Origin: Candidatus Latescibacterota bacterium
GTDB taxonomy: Bacteria > Latescibacterota > CBDEFO01
Reading direction: 5' to 3'
NCBI GenBank assembly: GCA_965237525.1
Contig: CBDEFO010000007.1
Coordinates: 384,001-448,000, forward strand
DNA length: 64,000 bases
The translations under genes were made by a program, and so were the position numbers. This document shows, piece after piece, positions 61,286 through 64,000 of this stretch (position 1 is the first letter of the stretch; every line of letters starts with the position of its first letter). The notes below the pieces were generated by a model. That model had not been told where the DNA came from. It saw only the letters and a program-made list of their open reading frames with translations, and did not search any database.

Positions 61286-62758
61286 ATGAATGATGTCAAT
61301 GCTGCGCGTGGGAGGGTGATCTACAACCTGGACTGCAGTGAGTTCTTCGTGGGGACGTTTGGCCCCATTGTCCCTGAGACGATCGATAAGTTCGTGGACA
61401 CTCACGCCGCTCTTGGAGTCACGGACCTCTTTGTCAACGTGAACGCAAAGCGCACTAACTACCGGAGCGATGTGTGGGAATCATATTGGGACGGCTACGA
61501 CCCGAATCTTGGTGACGACCAGCCGTTTTTCTCAGGGCTCGATCCGAATCGGAGGTTCGAGACGGGGCTCTTCAAGAACGTGCTGGCGCTTCACGAGCAG
61601 GGATGCGACTACCCGAAGAGAATGATCGAACGTGCGCGACGAAACCAAGTAAAGGCGTGGATCTCGCTGCGAATGAATGACGACCACAATCCCCACCTGC
61701 CGGACCACCCGGCCCACAGCACAATCTGGAAGTCGCATCTGGAATGGCGCCTTGCATATGGCCTGGACTACGAACAGCCCGAGGTGCGTGAGCACTACAT
61801 GAAGCTCGTCAGGGAGGTGTGCTCCCGCTACGACCTGGACGGTCTGGAACTGGATTTTCTGCGCTTCTGGCTGTACTTTCGCGCCGGACGCGAGCACGAA
61901 GGCGCGAAGCTGATGACAGCTTTTGTGGAGCAGGTGCGGCAGGCAACAGAAGGGGCTGCGAAGCGATTGGGGCATCCCGTCAAACTCGCCGTGCGCGTAC
62001 CGACAACTCCATGGATCGCGCGCAGGCACGGACTCGATGCGATCTCGTGGGCCAAGGCCGGACTGGTTGACCTGATTATCGCCTCGCCGTTCTATCCCTC
62101 TATTGACAGTGATGTGCCGATCGAGACGTGGAAAGGATTGCTTGTCGGTACGAATGTGGATGTCGCCGTAGGTTTAGAGAGCGGGATGCATCCGGGGACT
62201 GCGAATCGTACCGTAACGCACGAGGAGCTGCGCGGAGTGATGTTAAGCGGGCTGCACCGCGGGGTGGATGCGGTATACTTCTTCAATCTCTTTACGGGAC
62301 CGTACCAGCGCTGGCCGCGTGCGGACCATGACCGGCTACTGAGGGACGCCGGGTCCTATGCCGCGCTTTGCGACGGGCCGCGGCGGCATCCATTAACGAT
62401 GACAAGGCCCTGGGCGGAGGGTGAGCCGGGCGAAGACAGGTCGCTCCCTTACACTGGCACACACGGTGTCTTCCGCCTTCACATCGGACCGAAGCCACTC
62501 TCACAACAGAACGCCCGGATTGAGCTGGTGGTGCTGGAAGACGATCAGCCGCAGGACGTACGTCTTAACGGCATCCCTTGTCCATGGTCAAGCCTTGTCG
62601 AAGCGGAACACGTCAAAGCGTCAGGATGGAAAGAGCCTGAGCCGCGCCGACATGCGTACGACGTGCCCCTGACAGCCCTGAGCGACGGCTACAACCTGAT
62701 CGAAGTGAACTCCGAGGAAGATATCCAGATCACGTGGGTAGAGATCTCGGTGCGATAG
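61286..62758 (+). CDS. GH10-like (GHL10-type) TIM-barrel protein
   Basis: IYNLD, WISLRMND.H, LDY..PEVR, YDLDGLELDFLR, GVDAVYFFN. Confidence 0.7.
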   Translation: MNDVNAARGRVIYNLDCSEFFVGTFGPIVPETIDKFVDTHAALGVTDLFVNVNAKRTNYRSDVWESYWDGYDPNLGDDQPFFSGLDPNRRFETGLFKNVLALHEQGCDYPKRMIERARRNQVKAWISLRMNDDHNPHLPDHPAHSTIWKSHLEWRLAYGLDYEQPEVREHYMKLVREVCSRYDLDGLELDFLRFWLYFRAGREHEGAKLMTAFVEQVRQATEGAAKRLGHPVKLAVRVPTTPWIARRHGLDAISWAKAGLVDLIIASPFYPSIDSDVPIETWKGLLVGTNVDVAVGLESGMHPGTANRTVTHEELRGVMLSGLHRGVDAVYFFNLFTGPYQRWPRADHDRLLRDAGSYAALCDGPRRHPLTMTRPWAEGEPGEDRSLPYTGTHGVFRLHIGPKPLSQQNARIELVVLEDDQPQDVRLNGIPCPWSSLVEAEHVKASGWKEPEPRRHAYDVPLTALSDGYNLIEVNSEEDIQITWVEISVR

Positions 62759-62889
62759 GTTTGATGTATACGCGCTGGTTACGAGGCGGCAAGGCGATCA
62801 TGTTCCTTACCTCCGTGCAGAAATCTCTCACTGAGGCGGGAGTCCCGCAGCGGCTCAACCCTAACATTGGGTGCACAGAGGATGAGGAA

Positions 62890-63972
62890 ATGAGCAGCAG
62901 CGTTGCGCTCAGGTTGGGAATCGTCGGTTGCGGCGTCATTTCGCACATGCACGGTCGTGCGGCAAGCGCAATCCCGGAACGAATCCGGATAGTCAGCTGT
63001 TGTGATATCAGACAGGAAACCGCGGAAGCCTGGGCGAAGCAGTACGGCTGCGACGGCTATTACACCGACTATGTCGAGATGATCCAGAGGGAAGATATGG
63101 ACGGCATCCTGTTGGCGACCTGGCCCAATCAGCACCGGGAACAGATCGAGAGGTGCCTGCGGTGTGGGGTTCGGAGTATCCTTTGCGAAAAAGCTCTCAC
63201 ACTCACCGGCCGCGAGGCAATCGAGATTCGCGACCTGGTACGCGAACACAATGCCTTCGTCACGGAAGGCTTCATGTATCTTCACCATCCCGCCGTAGTT
63301 GCCATGGAGAGGCTCGTGGCGTCTGGCGAACTCGGGGCTGTGGACAGTGTCCGGGCCGACTTCAGCGACTTGGATGCCGAAACGGCACCGGCTGACGACA
63401 CGACACGCAACTGGCGGCATCGGAAAGAGTGCGGGGGAGGAGTCCCCTATGACTTCGCGTGCTACTGCGTGAACGCCTGTGGCCGTTTCGCCGGTGATAT
63501 TCCGACTCGCGTCTACTGCCGGGGGGACGTGAGCCCTCACTACGACACAATCAACCGTATGCACGGGCTCATCGAATATGGCAACGGGTGCGTCGGTGTG
63601 GTGGAGAGCAGCAAGAAAGCGGACCACAGCCAGCGACTGGAGATCGTCTGCACGCACGGCCGGCTCGTACTCCCGATCAGTTGGACTATTCCGGGCGAGA
63701 TTGAGATCGTGGACCAGCGCAGCTTGGGCTGGGCCGACTACCGTCACACGGAACATTTCGTCAAGCAGGCCAATGCCTATCAGCATCAGTTGGAGAACTT
63801 CGCCGCAGTGATCCGCTGCGAGGCGGAACCGGTGCTGTCCCTCGATCAGTCTGTGCTCAACACATTCACTATGGAGGCCCTGGTGATGAGTCTGCTGGAG
63901 AAGCGGGTGGTTGATCTGGACCTGCCGGGCGACGTTGTCGACGCTTGTAGGAGCAAAGGAGGAGAACCATGA
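62890..63972 (+). CDS. Gfo/Idh/MocA family oxidoreductase
   Basis: LGIVGCGVI, LCEKAL, EGFMYLHHP, GGG..YD..CY. Confidence 0.92.
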   Translation: MSSSVALRLGIVGCGVISHMHGRAASAIPERIRIVSCCDIRQETAEAWAKQYGCDGYYTDYVEMIQREDMDGILLATWPNQHREQIERCLRCGVRSILCEKALTLTGREAIEIRDLVREHNAFVTEGFMYLHHPAVVAMERLVASGELGAVDSVRADFSDLDAETAPADDTTRNWRHRKECGGGVPYDFACYCVNACGRFAGDIPTRVYCRGDVSPHYDTINRMHGLIEYGNGCVGVVESSKKADHSQRLEIVCTHGRLVLPISWTIPGEIEIVDQRSLGWADYRHTEHFVKQANAYQHQLENFAAVIRCEAEPVLSLDQSVLNTFTMEALVMSLLEKRVVDLDLPGDVVDACRSKGGEP

Positions 63973-64000
63973 GACTGGGAGGCTACTTCTCGGCACAGGC

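Noticed and set aside
62779..63996. 405-aa minus-strand ORF
   Set aside because: Shadow of the Gfo/Idh/MocA gene.

Overview
Bacterial window in two parts. About 2.9-31 kb is housekeeping/metabolic DNA: a PLP-dependent D-TA/DSD1-type enzyme, chromate transporter, folC, DegT aminotransferase, glcF/glcE, cstA, PduO, TauD, methylmalonyl-CoA epimerase, MlaD, amidohydrolases, sbcD/sbcC and an FGE-sulfatase domain protein. About 31.4-64 kb is a visibly more GC-rich, heavily rearranged carbohydrate-use region: GH32, iolE/iolH-like genes, BNR sialidase-type proteins, a beta-helix protein, four tandem DUF4838 paralogs, GH10-like proteins, an AAC(3)-family gene and a Gfo/Idh/MocA gene. Three copies of an IS1182-like element (about 1.52 kb) sit at TTAA sites. 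The most unusual signal is a 19-bp hairpin, CCCRAT-7 nt loop-ATYGGG, found as 15 units at 11 loci, all before 31 kb. The window shows that it was inserted: it is present in one IS copy and absent from the other two. It favours GTC^GATCA targets, shows compensatory stem changes, nests inside itself at a fixed position and rewrites a protein C-terminus. No mobilising gene is evident. A second notable feature is a repeated RBS + signal-peptide leader shared by unrelated secreted enzymes and a mosaic DUF4838 array. All family calls come from motif recognition by eye, not database searches. Many frameshifts and near-identical duplications could be sequencing or assembly artefacts.
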